NCBI GenBank assembly: GCA_002189035.1
Contig: NEEC01000183.1
Span: 1 to 22,425, forward strand
Direction: 5' to 3'
DNA from: Utricularia gibba
Lineage: Eukaryota > Plantae > Magnoliophyta
Length of the DNA stretch: 22,425 bases
Shown: positions 21,539 through 22,425 of the stretch, in pieces
Numbering within the stretch: the stretch's first letter is position 1
How the letters are laid out: each line of letters starts with the position of its first letter
The notes under the pieces: generated by a model
Seen by the model: only the letters and a program-made list of their open reading frames with translations
Databases searched by the model: none
Told to the model about the DNA's origin: nothing
Position numbers and translations under genes: made by a program

Positions 21539-22425
21539 ATAATCATATGATATAGGTTTATTAAATTATAAATAATTGAAATACATTATTTATTAAACCG
21601 TAGGATAACTGTGAAAGCTTCTTTGACTTAATTATTACCATTTGATCCTCAGTTGTACTTTGGATGGAGTGTGTATTTTTACTTTAGTCAATTTAATTAG
21701 CATTCGATCCTTGGTTATGATTCAGATCATATTTGCTATTTTTTTACTTTAAATATTTTTATTATCATTCGATCCTTAAGTATAATGCGGATCGAGCGCG
21801 TATTTTTTATTTTAATATTTTTTATTAGCATTCGAACGTTAGGTATGCTGCGGATCGAGCGTATATTTTTCACACTCTCATATTTTTATTAGCCTTAGAT
21901 CCTTAGGTATACTTTGGATCGAGTGCATATTCATTTATTTTAAATCTTAATTAGCGTTCCACCGTTAGGAGCAATTTAGAACGTGTATACATTACAATGC
22001 CATGCCACACACGGGCGTGGTTTACGCACAACCCACGCCCGTGTGCCCTTGCAATGTAAACACGCTCCACATTGCTCCTAAGGATCGAGCGTTAACACAA
22101 GTTTCAAGTAAACCATCTCCACTCGATCCGAATCATGTCTAAAGACCGAAAGCCAATAAAATATTAAAATAAAAAATATATACGCTCGATCCGCATCATA
22201 TCTTAGAATCGAATGCAAATAGAATCGTTCAAATAAAAAATATACACTCGATTGGAATCTTAACCAAGGATCGAATGCTAATTAAAATGATTAAAATAAA
22301 AATGCACACTCCATCCAAAGTATAACTAAGGGTCGAATGCTAATAAAATTAAAAACTAAGAAACTTTCACATGTAGTATATGCTTTAATAACTAACGTAT
22401 TTACATTATTTATATTTTAATAAAC
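21539..22425. mobile_element. Foldback inverted repeat, copy 10 (last ~17 bp cut off by the window end)
   Basis: Same as 2871-3769, with three dinucleotide insertions and one deletion. Confidence 0.78.

Larger units (their letters stand above)
1..22425. repeat. Head-to-tail tandem array (macrosatellite), ~9.6 copies of a 2,335-bp consensus monomer; both ends run off the window
   Basis: The landmark GCCCATCTCTA ends at 533, 2867, 5200, 7534, 9869, 12204, 14538, 16874, 19207 and 21535. The ORF track repeats with the same period and mostly identical translations. Confidence 0.99.

Overview
The whole window is one head-to-tail tandem array of about 9.6 copies of a non-coding monomer. The consensus length is 2,335 bp, and successive copies of the GCCCATCTCTA landmark are 2334, 2333, 2334, 2335, 2335, 2334, 2336, 2333 and 2328 bp apart. 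The copies are almost identical: all those length differences trace to 1-nt indels, mostly in homopolymers, and I saw no substitutions by eye. Each monomer is a mosaic of four parts: (i) an ~850-bp GC-rich block of six diverged ~150-bp subunits organised as ~300-bp dimers; (ii) a short GC-rich then A-rich linker followed by an orphan ~157-bp hAT(Ac)-like transposon end; (iii) an ~899-bp AT-rich foldback whose arms are built of 62-bp modules, each carrying a TCGATCC-N13-GGATCGA dyad; (iv) an ~280-bp unique spacer. I find no credible protein-coding gene, rRNA, tRNA or CRISPR array. The motifs suggest a flowering plant, but that is inference. The best reading is a recently amplified composite macrosatellite (old satellite + transposon end + foldback element). 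A rolling-circle concatemer or an assembly/read artefact cannot be excluded from sequence alone.
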